Positions 56,201 to 63,967 are shown, counted from the stretch's first letter. The stretch: DNA of 64,000 bases from Clostridia bacterium (GCA_017514685.1 JAFWJN010000050.1:9836-73835); one strand, 5' to 3'. A program made the numbers and translations. Notes: generated by a model not told the origin, from the sequence alone.

Positions 56201-56329
56201 TTTATAAAACATTGAAAAACCATAAGTTGATACTGGTGATTATCTAATCCGAACGAATCAAAAAAGCAAAAGCTATAGGAATAATTCCGTTTACCTTTGC
56301 GCTTTTTTAATCAATTATGAATGAGGTTC

Positions 56330-57049
56330 TTATAGAAGCATACCTGTTTCCGTATCCCATATTGGCTTTGGACAGAAGTCAAGGGCGTCTGCGGCAGCAA
56401 AGTGATAATAGGTTTCATCATACAAACCGGTAAAAGCAGACGCATGCGCTTTCTTGCCGTGAAGATGCCCATATACGACTGCTTTTACAGAATACGGTTT
56501 TAAAAGAGACACAAAATCACTCGGTTTTCCGGTTTCCGAAAAAGGAGGATAGTGAAACATCACAATGTGCTCGGTATCTGGTTGCAGGCGATTTAAAGAA
56601 AGCTGCAAACGGAGCTTTTCCCGCTCGAACAGTTTCCGGTCGTCCGACTCTTTGAACCCGGAACTTTCCGGAACGGTCCAGCCTCGGGTTCCTGCAATTT
56701 CAACATTATGAAACCGAAAAGTATCATTCTGCAGAGCATATATCCCTTCCGGAAGCATTCGGCGGACCTGTGTTACGCTGGACCACCAGAAATCATGATT
56801 ACCACGCAGAAGCAGCTTTTTTCCAGGGAGTTCCCCCAAAAAAGCAAGATCGGCTGCAGCTTCGGAAAGATACATTGCCCAACTGATATCTCCGGGCACC
56901 AGGACCAGATCGTCCTCGCTTACAATTTCCTTCCATGCGCTTTGCAGCCGGTTTGTATGATTAGCCCATTGTTCACCGAACACATCCATCGCCTTGTTGG
57001 GAACGGAAAAGCTCATGTGCAGATCCGCAATTGCGTAGATCCTGGGCAT
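56330..57049 (-). CDS. metallophosphoesterase (calcineurin-like phosphoesterase family)
   Basis: All five MPE motifs are present: ADLH, PGDIS, RGNHDFW, MFHYPP and VYGHLHG. Confidence 0.85.
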   Translation of the reverse strand: MPRIYAIADLHMSFSVPNKAMDVFGEQWANHTNRLQSAWKEIVSEDDLVLVPGDISWAMYLSEAAADLAFLGELPGKKLLLRGNHDFWWSSVTQVRRMLPEGIYALQNDTFRFHNVEIAGTRGWTVPESSGFKESDDRKLFEREKLRLQLSLNRLQPDTEHIVMFHYPPFSETGKPSDFVSLLKPYSVKAVVYGHLHGKKAHASAFTGLYDETYYHFAAADALDFCPKPIWDTETGMLL

Positions 57050-57064
57050 ATTGATCTCACTTTC

Positions 57065-57373
57065 TCAGTCAGTTGAATCCTCATCGTCTTCCACGGGGAA
57101 GGCTTCTTCGATCGGGTCATCAGCTTCATCAGCACGAACCTGATCCGCATGCAGTTCCAGATCAGCCTGCCGCTTCTGTTCGCGAAGACATTCTTCGCAA
57201 AGGTCTTTTCCCCGGACAGCAGGACGTTCACCGCATTCCGTACACATGATAATTTCATCTTCGTCCGGTTCATGCCGGCGTTTTTTGTCCATTTCAGCCG
57301 CACAGACACGGCAGATGGTCTCATTTCCCCTTAAATAATTCAATTCGCATTTGGGGCATTTTCGTAAAGCCAT
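57065..57373 (-). CDS. small double zinc-ribbon protein with acidic C-terminus
   Basis: Four CxxC pairs: CPKC...CRVC and CTEC...CEEC. The C-terminal 35 aa are D/E-rich. 102 aa. Lies between engB and the phosphoesterase on the same strand. Confidence 0.6.
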   Translation of the reverse strand: MALRKCPKCELNYLRGNETICRVCAAEMDKKRRHEPDEDEIIMCTECGERPAVRGKDLCEECLREQKRQADLELHADQVRADEADDPIEEAFPVEDDEDSTD

Positions 57374-57441
57374 TTAAGCACCTCATTCGATCTATCCTTA
57401 TCAAAGCATAGTATGCAAAGAGAAGCTGATTCTGTCAAGAC

Positions 57442-58062
57442 TTATTTTTCATTTTCCGGGAAAGTTTGCGCATCTTCCAGGATCTGATGGATTCTCTCCA
57501 GTAATTCCGCTTTGCCTTCTCCCGTTTCGGAAGAAAAGGGAACGGCATAGGGCGGGGCTCCGAGAAGTTTTGCGTTGGAATTAGCTGCGGCTTTCCGCTT
57601 GCTTTTTGCAATTTTATCGGACTTGGTGGCGACCAGGGTATATGGAATGTTGTAGTACACAAGATAGCGGAACATCTGCCGGTCGTTTTCTGTCGGTTCA
57701 TGCCGGATGTCAATCAGCAGGAACAGATGATCCACCCGTCCGGATGCGAGATATTTTTCAATCAGTTCGCCCCAGCTTTTCTGCTCGCTCTTTGAAGCTT
57801 TGGCGTATCCGTAACCGGGGAGATCGACAAGATAAAACTGTCCCCTGTTGATGGAAAAGTAATTGATCATCCGCGTTTTACCGGGCTGTGAAGAGGTACG
57901 GGCAAGCTTTCCGTTTCCTGAAATACAGTTGATCAGGCTGGATTTACCGACATTGCTCTTTCCGACAATGGCAATTTCCTTCGGAAACGGGACAGGATAA
58001 TTCTGTCCTAAAGAAACACTTGTGACAAATTCGGCCTGTTTAATCGTGAAAATCGTATCCAT
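57442..58062 (-). CDS. engB: ribosome biogenesis GTP-binding protein EngB/YsxC
   Basis: IKQAEFVTSV....YP....EIAIVGKSNVGKSSLIN (G1), DLPGYGYA (G3), and TKSDK (G4). ATG at 58062. The longer 433-aa ORF-track call runs antisense into mreB and is rejected. Confidence 0.9.
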   Translation of the reverse strand: MDTIFTIKQAEFVTSVSLGQNYPVPFPKEIAIVGKSNVGKSSLINCISGNGKLARTSSQPGKTRMINYFSINRGQFYLVDLPGYGYAKASKSEQKSWGELIEKYLASGRVDHLFLLIDIRHEPTENDRQMFRYLVYYNIPYTLVATKSDKIAKSKRKAAANSNAKLLGAPPYAVPFSSETGEGKAELLERIHQILEDAQTFPENEK

Positions 58063-58243
58063 ATTTTCAGTATAAGGGCAAAATTCACATTTCGCAATAT
58101 GATTGTTCATAAATTCTTCATTCGGCAAATGTTGGAGCATGGTACAATTATGGTACATATCATAAGAGGGCAGTCTGCCCTGAAACACAGGAAGCAAAGA
58201 TAAAACGGCAGTTTTATCGCATGGTGGAAAGGATTTATTCAAA

Positions 58244-59281
58244 ATGGGTTTGTTTTTCTCTTCCGATATCGGGCTGGATCTCGGAACCAGTAATATCATT
58301 GCGTATATCAGGGGAAAGGGGATCGTTCTTCGCGAGCCGTGCATTGCAGCACTTGAACGGGGAACCGGCAAAATTGTCGCTATCGGACAGGAAGCCAAGG
58401 ACATGGTCGGAAGAGCCCCGGAGAATTTAATGATCATCCGCCCGATGCAGGATGGAGTTATTGCCAATTTTGATGCGACGGAAAGGATGCTGACACAGCT
58501 TTTCAACCGGATAGTCGGAAACCGAATTTTTTTCAAGCCTCGTGCGGTTGTTGCGGTTCCTTCAATGGCGACCGAGGTTGAGAAGCGTGCAGTCATTGAA
58601 ACGACAGAAGGCGCAGGGGCAAGATATACATTCCTGATAGAGGAACCGGTGGCGGCAGCAATCGGTGCGGGAATCGATATCACGGAACCGAAGGGAAATA
58701 TCGTACTGGACATCGGCGCGGGAACCTGTGATATGGTCGTCACTTCAATGGGAAAAGCGGTGATTCATGATTCTCTCAGGATCGGTGGAGATAAGTTCGA
58801 TCAGGCAATCGTCCGTTATTTCAAGCGCCAGCACGGCGTTGTGATAGGATTGAATGCGGCGGAGGATCTGAAGATCCGGTACGCATCGGCTTATCCGAGA
58901 GCTGACGAGATCAAGATGGATGTGCGGGGAAGATCTTTGGGAAGAGGACTTCCGGTCGCTCTGGAACTCGGCTCTAACGAACTGACCTTTGCGCTTGCGG
59001 AGCCGCTGCATAATATCGCCGAAGCACTGAAAGACACATTCGAGCAGACCCCGCCGGAACTCGCCGGAGATATTGCGACGAGAGGAATCTGCCTGACCGG
59101 CGGAGGAGCACAGCTATATGGGCTTGACCAGTATATCGCGGAACAGACGGGAGTTCCTTGCTATGTGGCGGAGGATCCGGTTGCATGCGTTGCAATCGGA
59201 TGCGGAAAAGTCCTTGAAGATCCGCGCAAATATGACGGGGTTTTGTATGATTATCGCAGAGGCGACTACTATGAGGAATAA
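58244..59281 (+). CDS. mreB: rod shape-determining protein MreB/Mbl
   Basis: Starts DIGLDLGTSNIIAYIRGKGIVLREPCIAA and contains IRPMQDGVIANFD and VPSMATEVEKRAV. Actin-fold motifs are present. Confidence 0.95.
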   Translation: MGLFFSSDIGLDLGTSNIIAYIRGKGIVLREPCIAALERGTGKIVAIGQEAKDMVGRAPENLMIIRPMQDGVIANFDATERMLTQLFNRIVGNRIFFKPRAVVAVPSMATEVEKRAVIETTEGAGARYTFLIEEPVAAAIGAGIDITEPKGNIVLDIGAGTCDMVVTSMGKAVIHDSLRIGGDKFDQAIVRYFKRQHGVVIGLNAAEDLKIRYASAYPRADEIKMDVRGRSLGRGLPVALELGSNELTFALAEPLHNIAEALKDTFEQTPPELAGDIATRGICLTGGGAQLYGLDQYIAEQTGVPCYVAEDPVACVAIGCGKVLEDPRKYDGVLYDYRRGDYYEE

Positions 59282-59297
59282 CGGGAGTGACGGAAGC

Positions 59298-60260
59298 ATG
59301 ACGGAGACAAAAGGAAAAAAAGCATTGTCGCTCTGTATTCTGCGGGTGCTGGAACAGCATGCATCGGAGCAGAGACCGATTTCCACCAAGCAGATTATTG
59401 AGTTTTTGAAAGATGATTACGGGATGATAGCGGAAAGGAAAGCTGTCGGACGGAATCTGATTCTGCTTTCGGAAATGGGATTCGGGCTTTCAACCTATCA
59501 TGATAATGGAAAAGGTTATTATCTGACATCGGCTGCCGATCCAACAGCGTTCGACCCTGTCATTTATGACGCGCTCTTAAGAGCTCCGGTCAGTGAAGAA
59601 ACGGATCGGAGAATTCGCGCCATGCAGCCGAAAATTCCGATTTACTCTGTAAAGGAAACACCGCAGCTGCTCAGGATGGAGGTGTTTGATACGATGGAAC
59701 GTCTCCGCACAGCAATCGAAGAGCAGAAACAGGTCACTTTCTTATATCATACTGCTCAGTCAGATGATGGAATGACCGCGTCTCCGGATGCAACCTATAC
59801 GATCTCTCCTTATGCTTTGTTTATGGCAAATGATCGATATTATGTATTGGCTGCCGTGTCGGGTTATGGAAGGCTGCTTCATTTCCGTTGTGATTATATC
59901 CGTGATGCAGTGCTTTCAGAACTGCCTGCAAGGGCAAGCTCTGAGCTTGCAGAATGCCGCGGGGGTCTGGATGTTGTCGGATATGTCAATCGCGCTGTAT
60001 TTCATCAGGATACAGCGGAACAATATTCACTGCTTTGCGCGGGCCGTCTCGTTGATGAAATTTCAGATTGTTTCGGGCGATCCGCGAAACTGATTCCGCA
60101 GGGGGATAATGTTCTGGCGGAAGTAACGGCACCGTGGACAGCCGTACGAAGATTTCTGCTGAACAATCTGTCACAGGTTACACTTTTAGAGCCGGAGATC
60201 CGGCAAAGACAAATCCGGGATGAACTGAACAGGGCACTGTCCCTTTATTCGATCCGGTAG
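59298..60260 (+). CDS. WYL-domain transcriptional regulator (wHTH + WYL + C-terminal extension)
   Basis: N-terminal wHTH (LCILRVLEQHASEQRPISTKQIIEFLKDDYGM). WYL-like core (VTFLYH...ISPYALFMANDRYYVLAAVSGYGRLLHFRCDYIRDA). The ATG at 59298 lies 17 nt after the mreB stop. Confidence 0.7.
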   Translation: MTETKGKKALSLCILRVLEQHASEQRPISTKQIIEFLKDDYGMIAERKAVGRNLILLSEMGFGLSTYHDNGKGYYLTSAADPTAFDPVIYDALLRAPVSEETDRRIRAMQPKIPIYSVKETPQLLRMEVFDTMERLRTAIEEQKQVTFLYHTAQSDDGMTASPDATYTISPYALFMANDRYYVLAAVSGYGRLLHFRCDYIRDAVLSELPARASSELAECRGGLDVVGYVNRAVFHQDTAEQYSLLCAGRLVDEISDCFGRSAKLIPQGDNVLAEVTAPWTAVRRFLLNNLSQVTLLEPEIRQRQIRDELNRALSLYSIR

Positions 60261-60341
60261 CAGATGGAAATGTTTATAATGATGACGCAAATCTGTTACA
60301 TTTCCCTGTTATAATGATAATCGGATCATGAGGTGAAAAAT

Positions 60342-62300
60342 ATGAAGGAGAAGTTTCTGAACGCCATGAAAACGGTCTGGAGCAAAATCGTTTCATGGAC
60401 AAAAACCGCCTGGAACAAAACAGTTTCATGGACAAAGGAAAAGGTCGTTCCATGGCTTAAGGATAAAGTGGTACCTGCGCTGAAAAAGGCATGGACATTT
60501 CTAAAGCAGAAAGGAAAAGAACTGCTGCAGGCGATTCCTCCGACAGTCTCCAGAATTATCCGGACAGTTGAAGGATGGCTGAGCAAAGCACTTGGACATA
60601 TCTCCGGAAAGATGGGGGAAAAAGACGGCACTGAACCGAAAAAGCAGCGCGTCAGCCGCCCGCTTCTGTTTCTGGTTCTGTTTGCAATGTGCGCGGTAGT
60701 GATTGCAGGACTGATTCTGACGATTGTTTTCTCAGCCAGATTCTTCGCCTGCGTATGTCATCCCTTGAACAGAGGAAATGATCCGATTGAAATGACGGAG
60801 ACTGCGGTTCCGGGGACTCCTTCAGCAATAGCGGAGCCGACGCCTACGATCAATCCGGATGATACTTACCTCGGCGGAGAAGTATATAAAAAGGGTGACG
60901 ATGATGAAACGATTGCCGTCGTTCAGCAGAGACTGATGGATCTCGGATACATGGATTCTGATGAACCGACGGAGCATTTCGGAAATATTACATTGGATGC
61001 TTTGAAACAGTTCCAGAAGAGAAACGGTCTGGAGGAAACCGGTGAACTGGATGAAACAGTTTACGCCCTGATGTTCAGTGATTCCGCAAAGGAGTTTTTC
61101 ATGCAGATGGGCGATGAAGGAGATGCGGTTGAAGAAATCCAGGAGCGTCTGTACGAACTGGGTTATCTGGACAAAGACAGCAGAACAGGAACATTCGGCG
61201 AGAAAACGGAAGCGGCCGTGATTGCTTTCCAGACAGCGAACGCGCTTCATGCGGACGGGCTGGTAGGTGTTCAGACCAAAGAACAACTGTTCTCCGATGA
61301 AGTAATCGGTAATGTTTTCAAGAGCGGAGACAAGGATGATTCCATCATCGAATATCAGAATCGTCTGATTGAACTGGGATATTTAGGAAGCAGCTATGAT
61401 GCAACCGGAAACATGGACTCCAAGACGGTTTCCGCAATCAAATCATTCCAGGAGGCGAACGGACTTGTCAAAGACGGCGTTCTGGGACCGTCAACCATGA
61501 ATCAGCTGACTTCCAAGGATGCACTGAAATATGCGCTTCGTCTGGGAATGAGCGGAAGCAAGGTAAAAGATATGCAGAAACGCCTGAAAGAACTCGGCTA
61601 TCTGAGTTCTTCCCAGGTTTCAGGATACTTCGGAGATGAGACAGAAGAAGCAGTCAAACTATTCCAGAAGAGAAACGGCCTGTCTCAGGACGGAGCGGTT
61701 GGTTCCAAGACGCTTGAAAAGCTGAACAGTTCCGGAGCAAAACGTGCACCATCCACGGCAACAGCGAAGGCAACGAAGAAACCGACGGCAACAAGCAAAC
61801 CCGGAAGCAAGACTACACCGAAAGCAACAAGCAAGCCCAGCGGCAAAACGACCCCGAAACCAACCGCCAAGCCGACTGCCAAACCGACTGCAACGCCGAA
61901 TACATCTGCGGCAAAGGTCGAAAAGCTGATTCAAATTGCAGAAAGCAAACTGGGATGCCCATATGTACGCGGTGCGAAAGGACCGAATCGATTCGACTGT
62001 TCCGGCTTTGTGTACTGGTGTTTGAACAAGGCCGGCGTAAAACAGGGATATATGACCAGTATTACCTGGAGGACCTGCTCCAAGTATAAGAGAATCACCG
62101 GATGGGGAGAATTCAAACGCGGGGATATTATGGTGTTTAAGGGAAGCAGCATGTCGGTAGGGCATGTCGGAATCTATCTCGGAAACGGAAAGATGATCGA
62201 CGCTTCCAGCGGTGCAGGACAGGTCAGAATCACAAAAACGATTCTTTCCGGTTCCTATTGGAAGCAGCATTTCCTGATGGCATATAGAATCTGGAACTAA
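60342..62300 (+). CDS. membrane-anchored peptidoglycan hydrolase: W/K-rich cytoplasmic N-terminus, TM, four PG_binding_1 repeats, K/P/T linker, C-terminal NlpC/P60 (C40) endopeptidase
   Basis: TM segment LLFLVLFAMCAVVIAGLILTIVF. Four repeats of the type GD.D..I..(I/V)Q.RL.(D/E)LGY(L/M)...G.FG..T..A...FQ..NGL..(D/T)G. NlpC/P60 Cys in FDCSGFVYW and His in GHVGIYLG. TGAGGTG RBS before ATG 60342. Confidence 0.85.
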   Translation: MKEKFLNAMKTVWSKIVSWTKTAWNKTVSWTKEKVVPWLKDKVVPALKKAWTFLKQKGKELLQAIPPTVSRIIRTVEGWLSKALGHISGKMGEKDGTEPKKQRVSRPLLFLVLFAMCAVVIAGLILTIVFSARFFACVCHPLNRGNDPIEMTETAVPGTPSAIAEPTPTINPDDTYLGGEVYKKGDDDETIAVVQQRLMDLGYMDSDEPTEHFGNITLDALKQFQKRNGLEETGELDETVYALMFSDSAKEFFMQMGDEGDAVEEIQERLYELGYLDKDSRTGTFGEKTEAAVIAFQTANALHADGLVGVQTKEQLFSDEVIGNVFKSGDKDDSIIEYQNRLIELGYLGSSYDATGNMDSKTVSAIKSFQEANGLVKDGVLGPSTMNQLTSKDALKYALRLGMSGSKVKDMQKRLKELGYLSSSQVSGYFGDETEEAVKLFQKRNGLSQDGAVGSKTLEKLNSSGAKRAPSTATAKATKKPTATSKPGSKTTPKATSKPSGKTTPKPTAKPTAKPTATPNTSAAKVEKLIQIAESKLGCPYVRGAKGPNRFDCSGFVYWCLNKAGVKQGYMTSITWRTCSKYKRITGWGEFKRGDIMVFKGSSMSVGHVGIYLGNGKMIDASSGAGQVRITKTILSGSYWKQHFLMAYRIWN

Positions 62301-62317
62301 AACATAGGGACAACAAG

Positions 62318-62350
62318 ACAGGAGATGAAATAGTCATCTCCTGTTTTTTG
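62318..62350 (+). terminator. rho-independent terminator after the NlpC/P60 gene
   Basis: ACAGGAGATGA-AATAG-TCATCTCCTGT followed by TTTTT. Confidence 0.85.
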
Positions 62351-62466
62351 TTCGGAAAAATGTCAATTGAATTTTGATGTGATCAACTTAATGACCAACA
62401 GAAAATGGTTATGCAAAAAGCATTAATGCATATGCAAGAGCATGAAAAAAGGCTGAATTTGCATAT

Positions 62467-62537
62467 TAATCCACATCATCCACAGAGTTATCCACACTCA
62501 GAGGTGCGAAATATGGGCAAAAAACAGGTTATCCACC
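62467..62537 (+). promoter_or_regulatory. cluster of four same-orientation DnaA boxes
   Basis: TAATCCACA (62467-75), TCATCCACA (62476-84), TTATCCACA (62488-96, perfect) and TTATCCACC (62529-37), compared with the consensus TTATCCACA. Confidence 0.6.
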
Positions 62538-62665
62538 GCATAAGGGGGGCTGTATATACGAGTAATACATGATGCATGAAAAGACAAAGATACAGTATTT
62601 ATTCGTATTTCATGCATCTTCATGGAAAATGGAATGCATAGAAAAAGCAGAGAACGATAATCGGA

Positions 62666-63784
62666 TTAAAAAGTATAAACTCTTTTGACTCGAGGGAGAA
62701 GAGCAGTCGTAAATGCACAGGCTTCATTGGCGCCGCAGGCTGCTGCCTGCTTTTGAGCGCTGAGAAAAATGCCTGACTCGTCATATCCGAAGAAGGTTAT
62801 CAGATCTCCCGGTGTACATGGTAGGTCACCGATATCGACAAGCGTATGATCCATAAAGCTATATAAAAGAGAGCAGGTCTGTCCATGAAGAAGAACCGGA
62901 AGATGCTGTCTGACGGCGTTCAGATCGATTCCATCTCCGTAACCGATTCCGATGGAAGCGATGCGGGTATCTTTTAAAAGGGTCAAGCCGTCTCCATATC
63001 CGATTTTTTCCCCTGCTTTGCGATGCCAGATACCGGTTACAACGGTCTGCAAAGTGGCAGCTTCGAGAATGTTCCCGTTTGGCCGAACAGGATTGCCCCA
63101 CATCAGACCTCTTCCGACCCGGATCGCGTCCAGAGCATATTCCGGATACAACTCGCTTGCTGCAGAGTCACAGATGTGGCGGAGAGGAATCGAAAACCCA
63201 TGCGATTCCAAAGCGTCTGATAAAGCCATATAGCTTTGAAATTGGGCTTTACATCTGTCCGCATCGAAAGGATCTGCAAAATGGGAATAGGTTCCTTTCA
63301 GAGAGCAGAATGGGCTGCAAGAGTTAAGAGCGGAAATAAGAGGATTTATTTCATCGGGGCTTATTCCGAAGCGATGAAGACCGGTGTCAAATTTAATCTG
63401 CACAGAGACTTTTTTTCCAAGCGCTTCGGCTGCACGTGACATAAGGGAGAGATCGGAAAGACTTCCGACGGTCAAGGTGAGATCGGAAAGAATTGCCGGT
63501 TTATACTGAAAGGGAAGAGCCGGTCCGAGAATAAAAATGGGAAGAGAAATACCGCTGTTCCGAAGCTGAAGACCTTCCTCTATATATGCAACAGCAAAGC
63601 CTGCGATTCGGTCCGAAGAACATAATGCTTTTGCGACAGGAACCAGACCAAGACCGTAAGCGTCAGCTTTTAAAACCGGAATCAATTTTGCCCCACATGG
63701 GAGATGAGAGATAATGCCGGCAGTGTTTTTCTGAATCGCAGAGAGCGAGACAATGAGTCTTGAAAAGGAAATGGAATCTTCCAT
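62666..63784 (-). CDS. alr: alanine racemase
   Basis: PLP-lysine motif PVLKADAYGLG, plus SHFADP, IGYGDG and C-terminal FMDHTLVD. 372 aa, with RBS GAGAGG. Confidence 0.85.
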   Translation of the reverse strand: MEDSISFSRLIVSLSAIQKNTAGIISHLPCGAKLIPVLKADAYGLGLVPVAKALCSSDRIAGFAVAYIEEGLQLRNSGISLPIFILGPALPFQYKPAILSDLTLTVGSLSDLSLMSRAAEALGKKVSVQIKFDTGLHRFGISPDEINPLISALNSCSPFCSLKGTYSHFADPFDADRCKAQFQSYMALSDALESHGFSIPLRHICDSAASELYPEYALDAIRVGRGLMWGNPVRPNGNILEAATLQTVVTGIWHRKAGEKIGYGDGLTLLKDTRIASIGIGYGDGIDLNAVRQHLPVLLHGQTCSLLYSFMDHTLVDIGDLPCTPGDLITFFGYDESGIFLSAQKQAAACGANEACAFTTALLPRVKRVYTF

Positions 63785-63813
63785 GGAAACAACCTCTCTA
63801 TTTAATACGAAGA

Positions 63814-63842
63814 AATCATATCACCGAAAATGCATAAAATCA
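63814..63842 (-). promoter_or_regulatory. candidate alr promoter
   Basis: On the minus strand: -35 TTGATT, a 17-nt spacer (contains TTATGCATTT), then TG-extended -10 TGaTATGAT. Confidence 0.5.
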
Positions 63843-63905
63843 ACAAATATCAATGATAAGAACGTAAAAAATAAATAAAAATACACTAATAATGCATAAA
63901 TATAA

Positions 63906-63934
63906 TTGACAAGCAAACTTGAAAGGCGTATACT
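63906..63934 (+). promoter_or_regulatory. strong sigma-A type promoter
   Basis: -35 TTGACA (63906-11), 17-nt spacer, -10 TATACT (63929-34). Followed by RBS AAAGGAG and ATG 63968. Confidence 0.65.
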
Positions 63935-63967
63935 GGCGTCAATTCCAATAAAGGAGCGTAATTCAAT

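Larger units (their letters stand above)
51950..56320. other. AT-rich genomic island (putative horizontally acquired cargo, no mobility genes)
   Basis: Hand counts of 60-nt lines: 52261-52320 has 15 G+C and 54421-54480 has 17 G+C, versus 36 G+C for 50401-50460 inside ftsW. Bounded by terminators at 51997-52033 and 56161-56200. Confidence 0.65.

Noticed and set aside
58063-58743. Upstream extension of the engB ORF to 433 aa in the ORF track (57442..58743).
   Set aside because: The extra 227 aa are antisense to mreB and low-complexity. EngB homology starts at MDTIFTIKQAEF (ATG 58062), which gives a normal 206-aa protein.
62411-62572. 53-aa His-rich ORF (MQKALMHMQEHEKRLNLHINPHHPQSYPHSEVRNMGKKQVIHRIRGAVYTSNT) spanning the DnaA boxes.
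   Set aside because: It has no Shine-Dalgarno sequence. Its His/Pro content is simply the translation of the CCACA repeats. It is more parsimonious to treat the region as non-coding.
62350-62665. Interpreting the DnaA-box cluster as the chromosomal origin (oriC).
   Set aside because: - No dnaA, dnaN or rpmH lies nearby.
- Only one cluster is present.
- All boxes share one orientation.
- No clear AT-rich 13-mer/DUE repeats are adjacent.

It is kept as a DnaA-box cluster of unknown role.
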